From: Centroscyllium fabricii
Lineage: Eukaryota
Direction of reading: 5' to 3'
Length of the DNA: 64,000 bases
Assembly (NCBI GenBank): GCA_051313645.2
Contig: JBNRSN020000004.1
Coordinates: forward strand, 239,692,001-239,756,000
Positions 13,791 to 25,904 of the stretch are shown in pieces. Under the pieces are notes generated by a model. It made no database searches, was not told the DNA's origin, and was given only the letters and a program-made list of their open reading frames with translations. Each line of letters opens with the position of its first letter. Positions within the stretch are counted from its first letter, which is position 1. Position numbers and translations under genes: made by a program.

Positions 13791-13829
13791 CTTGGAGTCT
13801 TGTGCAATTTTGGAGGCGGACTCCTCCAC

Positions 13830-15244
13830 ACTCCTTGCCATCTGAGTCCTGTGCAGCAGAACTCGCCCTCTGGGGAGCTGGCTCCTGAGCTACCCTTGCC
13901 CCCTGGCCTTGCTGCAGTCCACTCATCCCTGGTGCCTCACCCTATACAGATCCTGCTATTATACTAGCCTCTAAAGAACACCTAGTGCCAGTATCTGAGC
14001 TGGTGCCTGCGGATGAGACATGCGGTGACACGATGTGTTCTTCCTCCTCCTCGTCTCCTGCCTCACGCTCTACACTGCCCTCAGGGACAGACTGCTCAGG
14101 GGCTTACTCATTATCTGAAAGCATAAAGGCACAAGAGTTGGGTTAAGGTGAGGGAAGGGGGGCAGGAAGGGAGAAATGCATGTATACAGCATGATTGGCT
14201 GGAAAATGCGAAACACTTATGGGGTGAGGGGGAAGTGGGGTGTGATAAGAAGGAGTAGAGATGAACATACCGTTGTTGTCCCCAAGGGGGTCAGTGTCAT
14301 TGGTGGCCACGGCATCCACCACCTGGCAGCACTCTATTCTCCAGCACACTGTGGTTGGGTGTCGGCTTGTCCCCCACCTGTGCGCTCCTGCTCCCTCCTG
14401 TTGTGAGCCACCTTGTCCTGCAAGAGAAAGGAAAGTGTGTGAGTGAGTGTGGAGCAATGCGTTTTGGTGATGTGCCTGCCATATTTGAATAGCTGTCATT
14501 GTGTGCAAGGTGTGATTTGTGGGTGTGAGTGTTGGTAGGTAGAGACTGTTGGTGGGTGAGTGCTGGGGGTGTGATTCTTTAAGCAGTGTGTGCAGACTGT
14601 GGTTCAGATGGTGGTATGTAGCATTTGTTGAAGCATTCACTCACCCTGACCACCTGAACGAGGTTGTTAAATTTCTTCCTGCACTGTGTGTGAGTCCTGG
14701 GCACCACAGTGGTGCCTGAGACGTGTTGCACTACCTCCCTTCACATGGTGTAGAAGATTTGCGACGAGGACTTCCTACCACTTGCTGGGTAGAGCACCAC
14801 CCTTTGTCTCTCCACAACGAACACCAATGTCTCCAATGCTTGGTCCGAAAATCTGCGGGCTCTCTCCCTGGGACGTGGATCTGCCATGAGCCCAGCTGCT
14901 TCAGTCCTCTGGCTCTTTCTACTTGTCCTGCTGCTGCTTGATGAGGCAGCTGCACAGCCAGCAATGCTGAGAATGAGGTTCTGCAGCATCAATGAACCGC
15001 CCCTTTAAGTACTGAAAAAGCCTGTGGCAATCATGGTTTGTGATTAGACTACACCTGATATTGGTCCACTCTTTGAGTCTAACATCAATGTGATTGGGCT
15101 TTAAGACTTGAATTAGGACTCCAATCATTTCTTTGAGCAGTGAGCATGAATTTTACGTGCATCTAAAGCATTAGCGCCTGGCGCTAATTCTCCAACTTTT
15201 CTAATGACACCGCCCATTCCTGGGCTATAATGAATTTCTAGCCC
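13830..15244 (-). mobile_element. Intron-containing Harbinger Myb/SANT-like DNA-binding protein gene remnant plus right TIR
   Basis: Minus strand reads 'RERARRFSDQALETLV..RVVLYP', then 'QCRKKFNNLVQVVR' followed by a GTGAG donor (~14640). The next exon starts after ttgcag as 'DKVAHNRREQERTGG' (~14420). TIR-like aatttctagccc at 15233-15244. Confidence 0.75.
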
Positions 15245-15680
15245 AATGACTTTTGTCATCTTTTGGGCTCTTTTCCCATTTTAACTTGTATCCCCTCTTC
15301 AGTTGCTGCAGTGGTGATCTTGCTGCAGTACTGCCAGAATTTTCTAGGTTTGTAGCTGCGTGCGAGGATCCCACTGGGAGACTGTTCTGCATTTTTAATG
15401 ATCCTTGACCCAGTAAAATGGGTTGGGCTAACAGCAAAGTTAGGGTGGCAGGCAGAAGTCCCACCCAGCAGCAATATGAATGAGGGGAGAATACAGCCTG
15501 CATGTGTCTTCCAGTAATGCCATGGATAATAGGGGCAATATGACTATTCCTTTCTTTCTCATGTTTGCGGTAATCCTCCTCTTAAATGTATCAAAGCTTG
15601 AATCACTCCATGTGGCAGAGAGTTCCACATTCTCACCACTCTGTGTAAAAAAAATGCCTCCTAAATTCTTATGTACAACA

Positions 15681-16442
15681 CGGTGGCGCAGTGGTTAGCA
15701 CTGCTGCCTCGCAATAAGGAGCCCCTGGGTTCAAATCCTGCTTGGCCCGGGACCCCTCTGCGTGGAGTTTGCATGTTCTCCCTGTGTTCATGTGGGTTTC
15801 CTCCTGGTACTCCAGTTTCCTCCCAGCACCCAAAGACAGGCAGCTTAGGTGAATTGGAGATACTAAAAATTGCCCATGTGTATGTGTGTGAGATATAGTT
15901 CTTAGAGTTGGGGGTGTCGGGGGATATGGGGAGAGGGTAGGAGGGGGTGCTGGGTTTGGATGATCAGCCATGATCTTGTAGCAGAGCCACTAGGGGGAGA
16001 CATCCCAATCTCCCCAAAGAGTCAGAATCCGCATTCTGAAGTTGGTCCCGCCCCTGTTGACCCATTGGTCGGTTGGACCAACAGTTCTGGTCCCCGATTG
16101 GTCCCGCGGGCTGTCCATCAAAAGCCCCATCATGCTTTGCATTTTCACGCCTTTTGCTGTTAGTTGTTTACTGGATCTCACTGAATAAAGACTTGTTTTC
16201 ATTAGCTCTGCATTCCTCGACGTTTATATCAAATTCGACACGTGGGGAACTGCCGTTCCCTACAATTGGTGACCCCTAATGTTAGCCCCAGAAGGTGCTA
16301 ACCCGAACGCGTGCCCCGAGGCCGCACAACGCGAAAGACTGTCGACGATCAGCCGTTCCCTACAATCTCATCAAAATGGCGGAGCAGGCTCGAAGGGCCG
16401 AATGGCCTACTCCTGCTCCTATCTTCTGTGTTTCTGTGTATG
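15681..16442 (+). mobile_element. tRNA-derived V-SINE (HE1-like), interrupted by an LTR insertion
   Basis: Pol III A box ggtggcgcagtgg, B box gggttcaaatcc, V-domain 'gtggagtttgcatgttctcc..gtgggtttcctcc', and a CR1-derived 3' tail. Near-identical to 39958-40330. Confidence 0.9.
15977..16364 (+). mobile_element. Internally deleted LTR element: LTR + PBS + short leader + LTR tip
   Basis: TG...CA ends with a 4-bp TSD ATCT (15973-15976, 16365-16368). AATAAA ~16184. LTR end gccgttccctaca at 16264 and again at 16364. PBS tggtgacccc at 16267-16276. Confidence 0.85.
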
Positions 16443-16655
16443 TGATCTGTCAGTGGCTATCTTATATTTATGCCCCCTTATCTGGACTCACTGACAAGTG
16501 GAAACAGCATCTCCACATGACCCTATCGAAACCCATCATCATTTTTAAGACCTCTATATGTTTGTTCCTTTGTCTTACCTTTTCCAGAAAAAAGAGACAC
16601 AGTCTGCTCAATCTTTCCTGATAATTGCACCCTCAACTCTGGTAACATTCTTGTG

Positions 16656-16983
16656 CAGGAAACTCTTTGGTATCCGGCACCTATGGGACTGGGATGGTGC
16701 CGGTTGAATAAAAATTCCGGATATCGGAGATGTATACCTACCAAGGTATGAGAGACCCGTTACACAGCCAAAGTTGCAGGAGTCCCGGTTACACGGCCAC
16801 AGATCCAGGAGTCCCGGTTACACGGCCACAGATCCAGGAGTCCCGGTTACACGGCCACAGGTGCAGGAACCCTGGTTACATGGCCACTAATATACAGTAA
16901 AACTTATCTGAACCTACTCCTGAATTTTGCCAGTGAATAGAGAATTCCAGATATTTAGGTGCCGTTTAAACGAGAGTTTCCTG
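16656..16983. mobile_element. Tc1/mariner-pogo (Tigger-like) MITE inserted in a CR1 fragment
   Basis: TIRs caggaaactct / agagtttcctg with TA on the right. The flanks rejoin as CR1-like 'cattcttgtaaatctcttctgcac'. Confidence 0.6.
16750..16888. repeat. 29-bp minisatellite, about 4.5 copies
   Basis: Unit ggagtcccggttacacggccacagatcca starts at 16779, 16808 and 16837, with degenerate copies on either side. Confidence 0.9.
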
Positions 16984-18138
16984 TAAATCTCTTCTGCACT
17001 TTCTGCACTGCTTCAATATCTTTTTCGTAGTATGGAACCCAGAACTGCACACAATACTCCAAGTGTGGTCTAATCGATGTTCCATATAAAATTAACATTC
17101 ACTCCCTGATTTTGTATTCTATTCCACCAGAAATGAATCGCAGTACACTGTACTTTATTTGAAAGGTCGAGACAATGGGATTTGTTAACACATTCTAGTG
17201 ACATTTGTGCATTCCATGGGAATTCTCCTGGTCTCCCACCAAAAAGTGTAAATGGCTTAAATTGGCCATTTACACCATTTTTCCAGGGGTTCCACCTGCC
17301 TCCTGCTGAAATTACAGCAGGAAACCAGGAGAACCTTGGAACATTAGGGCCATACTGTTGGAATGGCCTCATTTATTTGAGCTCAGCAGATGAGCTTAGC
17401 TGGCCAGACAATGCAGCTGTAATGGGAGGGGAATGGCTGCTTCTTCATTCAAGATAGAAGCTTTGATTGGCAGCACAATGGGCCCATCCTCAATAAAGAG
17501 CTGAGAGAGGATCAGAGGCCAAGTTTTTGGCTTCCTCGCTTGCTGGAAAGGAGATCAGTCTGAAGTAAGTTTAAATGGAAAACAGTCATAGATGGAAAAT
17601 ACTCCCTTCCAAAAGTTAGTGCTGGCTCATTTCAGGGATCTGTAAAATGACTTTAGCCTATTAAGAGGGGTAGAGTGGTTTATTTTATTTTCTATGATAC
17701 AACAAGGAATGATATAAAATAGACTGAGCAAAATCAGAATATCGCAGATTCTGGAAATTTGAGGCAACAGAAAAAACTGGAAACCCATAGCAGGTTAATC
17801 AGTATCTGTGGAGAGAACAAATAACCTATGTTTTCGATACATATCCTTCTTCAGTACAAATATAGCGGGCAGGAGTACATGCAGACTTCTGGCTGGTAGT
17901 GCGGCACACACTATATTCGTATTGGAGGTCACATTGCGGCAGGAGCGCACACCATCAGAATTCTAAGTAGAGAATAATATATTTAAATTAGGGTCCTGTG
18001 CCTCTTGCATGACCTGTTTTCCATTTTGCACCGCCCCAGTGCTTCACTTGGCATGTCTATCTCTGCTAAGGTGAGATGTTGGAGAGATCGGATTTCTCCC
18101 TTCCTCCCATATGTGCGTTCTTTAAGTCAGTCTCTCTT

Positions 18139-18176
18139 TCACCTGACGAAGGGGCAGAAGCTCCGAAAGCTTGTGA
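18139..18176 (+). ncRNA. Minimal type I hammerhead ribozyme motif in a Penelope-like element end (element ~18125-18265)
   Basis: tcac (stem I), CTGACGA, a, ggggc agaa gctcc (stem II), GAAA, gc, TT, gtga (stem I'). Stem III is reduced to the palindrome AAGCTT. Confidence 0.75.
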
Positions 18177-18529
18177 TTTAAAATAAAACTGTTGGACTAT
18201 AATCTGGTGTTGTGTGACTTCTTGCAATTGTCCACCCCAGTCCAACACCGGCACCTCCACATCATCACTTGGCATGTGCTGACCTCACACAGCACAATGT
18301 GGCGTTAACCTGCAGGAAGCCCCTCTCACCAGCGCTATTTAAACGGTTCATGCAGTACTTACAGTTAGTTGCTGCTTTATTATTTCTGGCTGTTACTTGA
18401 CTTCTAGACATATTTTGCTCTGTTGTATCACTCTGGAAAGTTCACTTTGTCTGCGCAGAAAGATTTTGCTGGGCCTGCACTGTTGTTTCTCTTTGACTCA
18501 CAAATAGTCTGGATGCAGACAAGGGTAGC

Positions 18530-19560
18530 CTCATAGGGCTGCCTTTGGTGTTGAAGGATGAGAGGGAACAGCATGGAAGACCCCGCAGAGCAGGAGAAGC
18601 TGACAGAAGAAGGTGGTCGCTAATCAGGAGGTCACATCCACAGAGGGTCTTCAGGGAGCAATTGTCCGACATCAGCTTTACTGAGGATCAATGTGTGAAG
18701 TGTCTTCGCTTCACCAAGGAGGCTATCACCGTGCTATGTCACCTGCTGCAACCAGAACTCCATACTCAATCCAGGGCATGGGCAGTGCTGCCTGCGGCTG
18801 TCAAGGTCACCGTGGCTCTCAACTTCAATGCCGTGGACTCCTTTCAGGCTGCAACAGATGATATCAGCAATATCTCACACTTTACAGTACTCCGATGTAC
18901 AAGCGTGGTGAATACAAGGTATTGCATGCGTGTCAGGCTTCTCCAGAGTGCAGGGTGCCATTGACAGCACACACATTGCATTGTGTGTTCCCCATCACCA
19001 GCCTGGCATCTCTGTTGATCAAAAGGGATTGCACTCTCTCAACGTACAGCTGGCTTGCGACCACCGGCAACTCATCGTGTAGGTTTGTACCCGCTGTTCC
19101 GGCAGCAGTCATGACTCTTTCATCCTGTGTCAGTCCTCTGTGCTGTCTTTATCCCAACCAGACCGCCAAATTATAGGGTGGCGATTGGGTGACAAGGGAT
19201 ATCCCCTTATGATTCCAGTCAGGAACCTGTGCATAGCTGCAGAGCATCCTACAATAAGAACCGTACTGCCACAGGGAACATCATCGATCAGACAAGCGAC
19301 CTGCTCAAGCAACACTTTCGCTGCCTGGATCATCATGGAGGAACTCTGAAGTGTACCCCTGAGCGGTTAGCCAGATTTGTCATTGTCTGCTGTATGTTCA
19401 ACCAGGTCAGCATCATGAGGGATAAGCCCTTTCCACCACCTGGGCAGTAACAAGTACAGGAGGAAGAGTGGAAGAGGAGGAAGAGAAGGAGCAGGATGAG
19501 GAGGAGGGGCAGTGACCACGAGAGCCCTCAGAGACAAGCTCAATAAGGTGTGCTTCAACT
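18530..19560 (+). mobile_element. Decayed Harbinger transposase with most of the DDE domain
   Basis: 'LRFTKEAITVLCHLLQP..LPAAVKVTVALNF', 'LGDKGYPL', 'NIIDQT..LLKQHFRCLD..CCMFN' and an acidic C-terminal tail; frameshifted. Confidence 0.85.
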
Positions 19561-19699
19561 AAATCCCATTCCCCATTAACCAACAGTCTCACAATCTTTA
19601 CAACCATCATCTGATTGACTTCCTTCACTCTAAACCTTTTGGACTGGTGCTCACTCCACGACAAAGACAAAAGCCAACAGCAAAGTCAGATTAAAAAAT

Positions 19700-20255
19700 A
19701 AACAAATTTATCAAACAAATGATGTCAGCATTTGACAAAGAAAATGACTAATCACTCATGTGCAAGCCCTTAGTGCTTGTCATGGGCAAGGTTGTTTTCT
19801 AATCCTGGTGCTACTATGAGATGCTTCTTCAGTGGCTACAGCTTAGTAGATGGGAGGCTGTTGAACTTCCATTGAGGACACCAGATGGTCTTGGAAGACC
19901 ATCTCGAGCTGCTCTGGGCCAAGAGGGACCAGCTAAAGACTGCAGCAACTTGGTGTAAGCTGGCTGGCTAAGTGGCATCAGAAAAAGGCACTGGTGGACT
20001 GTTTGGTGGGGGAGTAGACATGCTATCCTCCTGAGAGGGGCCATCATGTTCCTCTCCCATGGAGCTAATGCTTCTCCCCTGAGTATGGCACCTCAGCACT
20101 ACTGCGGCTGGACAACAGAAATGATGTGGTGCCCTGGAAGCCCCTTTCAACAGTGACCCCAAAGCCAAGGGAGCAGCCGTCTGAACTTCTATAGCAGCTG
20201 TTATAAAAGATCACATTGTATTAGGTTCCACAGTGGCATTGATGGATCCGACTAG
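19700..20255 (-). mobile_element. 3' end of the convergent Harbinger Myb-like gene remnant
   Basis: Similar to 10380-10980 and lies tail-to-tail with the transposase, as in autonomous Harbingers. Confidence 0.5.
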
Positions 20256-20298
20256 TCCATCCAACAGCAACAACAACTTGCATTTATATAGTGCCTTT

Positions 20299-20564
20299 TG
20301 ATGTAATAAAGACTTACCAAGCTCTTGGTGAACATAAAGCAAGGCTTTATTCAACTTAAAACACAACATAAGGAGAGAGGAGCTAGGTTACAGTCACTAG
20401 CCTCCTGGTTCCAGATTGTTTCTGTCCAAGGTGGGCCCAGGCCCCAGTATTTATACTCCCTGGTCGGCACCCTCAGCTGGCCGACCAGTAACTGTTCCTA
20501 GGTTGGTTCAGAAGTCCAACCAGTAACTCATCCTAGGTTATTTCGGAAGTCGTGTTTTACGACA
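20299..20564 (-). mobile_element. Solo LTR inserted in an L2 3' tail
   Basis: tgatgtaa...ttacgaca termini, 5-bp TSD CCTTT (20294-20298, 20565-20569). TATA and AATAAA are on the minus strand. Confidence 0.8.
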
Positions 20565-20609
20565 CCTTTCATATACTAAAACATTCCAAGGTACTTTATA
20601 GGAGCGTTA

Positions 20610-20875
20610 TAGAAACATAGAACAATAGGAATAGGAGTAGGCCATTCAGCCCTTCGAGCCTGCTCTGCCATTCAATATGATCATGGCTGATCCTCTATCT
20701 CAATACCATATTCCTGCTCTCTCCCCATACCCCTTGACATCTTTTGCGTCTAGAAATCTATCTACCTCCTTCTTAAATATATTTAGTGACTTGGCCGCCA
20801 CAGTCTTCTGTGGTAGACAATTCCATAGGTTCAACGCCCTCTGTGAAGAAATTTCTCCTCATCTCCTTCCTAAAT
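20610..20875 (-). mobile_element. CR1 (HER1-like) LINE 3' end
   Basis: Same tail as 33214-33480. Confidence 0.85.
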
Positions 20876-21134
20876 GGGTAGATGGGTCAAGGGAGGTGGT
20901 GGTTATCATGTTCATATTAATGTTTATACATATGAATTATGAACAGCTAGCTTTAAACTAGTCAAATTATTTACAGATGATACAGAACTCACAATTCAGT
21001 CTTGTAGACTGGCATCCATGTTTAACCAACCAACAAGCCAGTGCAGTGCAGTTTAAACTTGATTGATGCAGTGCACTATTTTACATGCAACTCCATCTAG
21101 TGGACAATTCTAGAATGCCATGTTTTTTATATAT

Positions 21135-21980
21135 CACTACATGGTGAGGTAGAGCTGGGTGTTATCAGCCAACATGTGGAACCTGACATTGTGTTTTCAG
21201 ATGGTATCACCAAGGGGCAGCATATAGATAAGAAATAGGAGGGGCCAAGGACAGATTCTTGGGGGGCTCCAAATGTAATGGTGCTGGAGTGGGAAGAGAA
21301 GCCATTGCAGGTGATTCTCTGGCAACAACTGGATAGATAGTAATGGAACCAGGTAAATGCAGTCCCACCCAGCTGCAGAATGGAGCAGAGGTATTGGGAG
21401 AAGGATAGTGTGGTCAACCATGTCAAAGGCTGTAGTTAGGTCAAGAAGGATGAGGAGGGATAGCTTACCATGGCCATGGTCCATAGGATAGTTATTTGTA
21501 ACTTTGAAAGGGGCTGTTTCAGTACTGTGGCCGGGGTGGAAACCTGATTGAGGAATTCAAACATGAAGTTGTGTGAATGATGGGGACGGATTTGGGATGT
21601 GACCCCATGATCACAGACTTTGGAAAGGAAAGGGAGGATGGAAATGTGATGGTAGTTTGCAAGGGCACAATATTTTTTGGAGGAGAGGATGATAATAGCA
21701 GATTTGAAGGGGAGGGAGACAGTACCTGAGGAGAAGGAGGGAAGTTGGATGGTCAGCAGTTTGGTAGGAATAGGCCCGAGGGAGCAGGAGGTGGATCCTA
21801 CGCTTAAGATGAGCTCAGAGAGGGCATGAGGGGAGATAGGAGAGCTTCTTGGTGGCTGGGCAAGGGACGGAAGTAGCAAAGGCAGTTGAAGGGGTGGTCA
21901 ATCTTTGTGACAAAGATGTCTATGTGCTCCTTACACTTGTTGTTGGAGGTGAGAATGGAGGAAGCGGGTAAGAGGAGACA
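21135..21980 (-). mobile_element. L2 LINE RT fragment
   Basis: '[20 protein letters not shown]', '[10 protein letters not shown]', '[11 protein letters not shown]'. Confidence 0.85.
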
Positions 21981-23129
21981 TATACTAATAACAAAAAGTT
22001 AAACTTGCCTCTTATGTGACTGACTGCAGGTGTATAATGGTGGGCATATTAGGATATAATAAGCAAACCCACATTATACTTTTGGAGGCAAGTGCACACT
22101 CACTGATTAACAATGTGTAGTCAAAGGTATACTTGTGTGTACTGAGTACACCTGCTTTCCATTTTTGGAGGCCAAGGTAATAAATCAGAATTAAACATAA
22201 GCCCTAATTTTGCAAGGAAAAACAGAGTCATGCTCACCCATGGCTGTGCAGAATTTTATGATGAGATTCCCTTCTCTTAATTTGAATGGATGACTGGCAC
22301 ATGTAAAGAGAGCTTGGCTGGTGGTAGACTTGGCCTGAGAGTGAAAATCTACCTAGGTAGCAGCACTTAAAGGGTTACAACTTAACATTAAAGGGTAACT
22401 TGTAGTAATGGGCTAATTGCTCACAACAGCGCAGTGGAGACATGTGGACAACATTGCTCCCTTTGATGTGGCAGGTTTGGAGTTTGTTCTGCTGAAGGTG
22501 CATCAAAGGAGTCTTATTTAGAGCTAAAAGTCCTGTTCCAGTAAAAGCAAAAGTGGAAGCTAGGTGGTGAGAAATCATTGATTGAGTCAAGGCAGTAATC
22601 CAGGTCCCTCATACCTGGCTTAAAATTAAGAATAGGTTTGCTGGTATCAGCGGAGGATAACGATAAGTATGCTCCTCAGTGCTGCACACATTCATTTGTG
22701 CGATCCATCAAGCATGGCATCAACCAAAGTTGGGAACATCCACCCTCTCTGGGAGGTATCATTTTCCGCATTGCCCTTTTACATACAAAACTGGACACTT
22801 TCCTTGTAGATAAAATTGGCAGCTGAGGAAGAGCTACAGATGCTTACGTTTCCAGCCAGTCCTTAGGGGGTTACTCAGTGGGGCAGCAACCATGGATGTA
22901 GAGGTTAGCCCTGGTCTCCTAACAGCCATCCCCCAAGTGTCTCTACTCCTTCCAAAAATGTTGGATCTGTGACCTGCCACATATTGAAAGTGTCACAGCT
23001 AATTCCTGGATAACGGCCACTGATTTGCATAATGTGGTTTCGGTGGTCAGATGCCATCAGTAACCGAGTGCAAATCCTTTGTGTTCATGTAGAAAATGGG
23101 GTTGATATGAGACGTGCAATGGCTACATA

Positions 23130-23470
23130 GGTTCCACCTTTAATGCCTTGAACTCGTGGGAAGCCTGTCAGGGATGAAACGAAAGCCGAGACCCCATCTG
23201 CCCTCTCAGGTGGATATAAAAGATTCCGTGGCACTATTTTGAAGAAGAGCAGGAGAGTTCTCTCCGATGTCCTGGCCAATATTTAATCCTCAACCAACAC
23301 CTGATTATCTAGTCATTATCTCATGGCTGTTTTTGGGACCTTGCTGTGTGCAAATTGTGTGCCACATTACAACAATGGCTACACTTCAAAAGTATTTCAT
23401 GGGCTGTAAAGTGCTTTGGCATGACCTGAAGTCATGAAAGGTACTATTTAAATTCAAGATCTTTCTTTTA
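23130..23470 (+). mobile_element. Deu-domain SINE (SacSINE1/AmnSINE1-like) remnant
   Basis: 'ctgccctctcaggtggatataaaagattccgtggcactattttgaagaagagcaggagagttctctccgatgtcctggccaatattta' resembles the recalled Deu core, followed by an L2-like tail. Confidence 0.7.
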
Positions 23471-23918
23471 AAAGTTCTTTGTCTTCACCACTCGGTATGT
23501 CCTTTACACTAGAAAAGGGACAAAAAGTATTTATTTTGGAAAACATGGCATTTGTTTTATGGAGGAATGAAATGCAGACTGGCTTATATGACAGATGTCC
23601 CTGTGGTGCCTATAAACTTAACGCTAGGGTGATATTTTCATCAACTGGAAGAGCAGTCCCAACCCTTGGGGTCATCTGTCCATCAGGTTGCTGCAGATGG
23701 CATTGTTCAGGCACAGAGGCCATAATGAAGCAGAAGCAATGAAGGCAAGTCTTCCCAGATGTGCTCAGGTATAAATGGTGTGCCCAATAAACATGGGTCC
23801 TAGAGTAATGCCGAGAATATTGTAAGAATCCTGGGAAGTCTCCATTTTGAATTCTCCCTACTAACTAACATGGACTAAATGAAATAAATATTATTAGTTA
23901 TAGGTTCAAGTTTGTATT

Positions 23919-24630
23919 GGCCCAGAAATTGCAGTGGAGCCTTCGCGAGGGTGCAATACCTGCTTAACGCACTTGAACTGCCCATATTCAGTTTTGCTTT
24001 TTTGCACTCAGAAATTGCAGTTAGCCCAGCCTGTCAGAGCTCTGTGTGAGTTTCATGGGCATCTGAAGGGCGTAATTAGTGCGAGATGGCTTTTGAGACC
24101 ACCTGATTGGCAGGGAGCCAATCAGTGGAATCAATTCTCCGTTCAAAACTTCCACTGAGAAATCTGTGCAAGTTCTGAAAGGAGAGATTGCCCAAAAGAC
24201 ATCTAAACCCAAAAATAAAAATTTACAAACACCACATTTTTTAAACATTACCCCAACTAACACAAATAACCTATTTTAAAGAAAAAATAAAAATTTACAG
24301 AAAAAAATTTCAACTTCCAACAGGTCTAAAAAAATACTTACCTGTCTTTAAAGTTATCAACAATTAAAAACCTGAAAAAACAACAATTAAAATCAATAAA
24401 ATACACACTTACCAGATAAAAATGGCTACTTACGACTGCTTTTTCCCAGCGTAGAAAATCCTGGTCTTGGTCCGTAGAAAAACTTTTTAAAAATATCGGA
24501 ATAACTGGACGCTCCCGTAGTTCGATGCTTCCTGCGAGGTCGAGCGCAGGAACTCCAACCACACCGCTGGCCAGCGTAGGAAAACCCGAAGCTGTGCTAC
24601 TGGCTGCTTCCTGCGGGTTTAAGCTCTGGT
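23919..24630. mobile_element. Non-autonomous Harbinger-type element, same family as 34792-35529; right end not found
   Basis: Starts with the same TIR ggcccagaaatt and has the same layout: GC-rich, then gagccaatc, then A/T tracts, then GC-rich. Confidence 0.55.
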
Positions 24631-25344
24631 GCGAATAATCATGCTAATAAAAGTGTAATATGCCCTAGGTAAACCAGATTAGATTTAAAATGGAAGAAAC
24701 CAAGGCGCTGGGCCTTCCTTGACTAAAATTAAAAGGTACAGTCCTCAGCAAACTTATTAGAGAAGCAGACAGCCTGTCTGTGGAAACATTAACTAAAGGG
24801 ATTGGTAGAATTCCAGGGACTGAGATAAGAGGCAAAGGAACTCTAACATTATCATGGATTAGTTGATTTTTTAGAATACTTGTTTTGATATCTTATAACT
24901 ATTAATAACTTATAATCATCAGTAATAGATTTATAATCATGTGTAAGAATTAAATGTGGAAGTTTGCACTAATTAACTGTATGCAATGGTAACCTGAATT
25001 ATATATGACATGTAGCCCTTTTTGTTTGTAATGAAAGTCTGGGAGTAAGCTGTAACCAGACAGCCTGGGGTGGAAAAGAGGATTGCTATGGTCAAATAGA
25101 GAAGCTGTGGGTGAAAGTTGGATATTAGCAAACAGCAATTAGACATTGAGTGCAACTAGCCCAGGAAGTAAGGTCAGATGTAACTGCCGCTGTGTTGGAA
25201 TGCTATGATGTCTGCAGTGAATTAAAAGCATAGGGGGTAAAACTGGGTTGATTTGTGCCTCTCATTAGCGCCCCTAGGGGCGCACATTTCCTAGCGCTCG
25301 GGCGCGGAGCAGCTAATGCCTCCCACGAAATTCAGCGGGAGGTT

Positions 25345-25680
25345 AGCAGCGGCAGTAGCCAGCAGCGGCGCTGCCGACAATGACGTCATCACCATGTGCA
25401 GTGCTCCGTTTGCTCCCCGGCCGCAAATTTCACTTGCGCCCCCTGACCTATCACCGGACGATATGTCCAACAGGGTCAGGGGGGTGTTTTTGCAGAGTTT
25501 AGCAGCGGCAGTAGCCAGCAGCGGTGCGCAGTGCTGCCAACAATGACGTCATCACCATGTGCGGTGCCCCGCCTGCGCCCGGTGGCAAATTTCCCTTGCG
25601 CCCCCTGACCTATCACCGGACGATGTGTCCAACAGGGACAGGGGGCATTTTTGCAGTGGCGGCGGCACTAGTAAAAGGGG
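25345..25680. repeat. GC-rich ~160-bp tandem duplication inside a probable non-autonomous DNA transposon
   Basis: 'agcagcggcagtagccagcagcgg..caatgacgtcatcaccatgtgc..cttgcgccccctgacctatcaccggacgat' occurs twice (~25345 and ~25501). Confidence 0.75.
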
Positions 25681-25904
25681 CAGTGTCGGGCGGCCATTTG
25701 TTTTTGGACGACTGCCAGCACCTGCTCCCTTCCCCTTTTTTTCTTGGGGTGCCGGCCGCAATCGCTCAGCCCGGCGCTCCTCTTGAGCTTCTCTAGCCTC
25801 AATTGTCCCAATCCACATTCTATGTACCTCTCGACTTCAACTTCAATTTCAATCGCTCTAACAGATACCAGTGTGCTAAACTCTATTCTGATTGTTTCAA
25901 AGTT

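Noticed and set aside
15681-15760. tRNA gene (A and B boxes), also at 39960, 30900 and 32590
   Set aside because: These are the tRNA-derived heads of SINEs, continuous with the V-domain and LINE tail.
16750-16888. CRISPR-like appearance of the 29-bp and 31-bp (38058-38180) repeats
   Set aside because: The units are head-to-tail with no unique spacers, there are no cas genes, and the context is eukaryotic. They are minisatellites.
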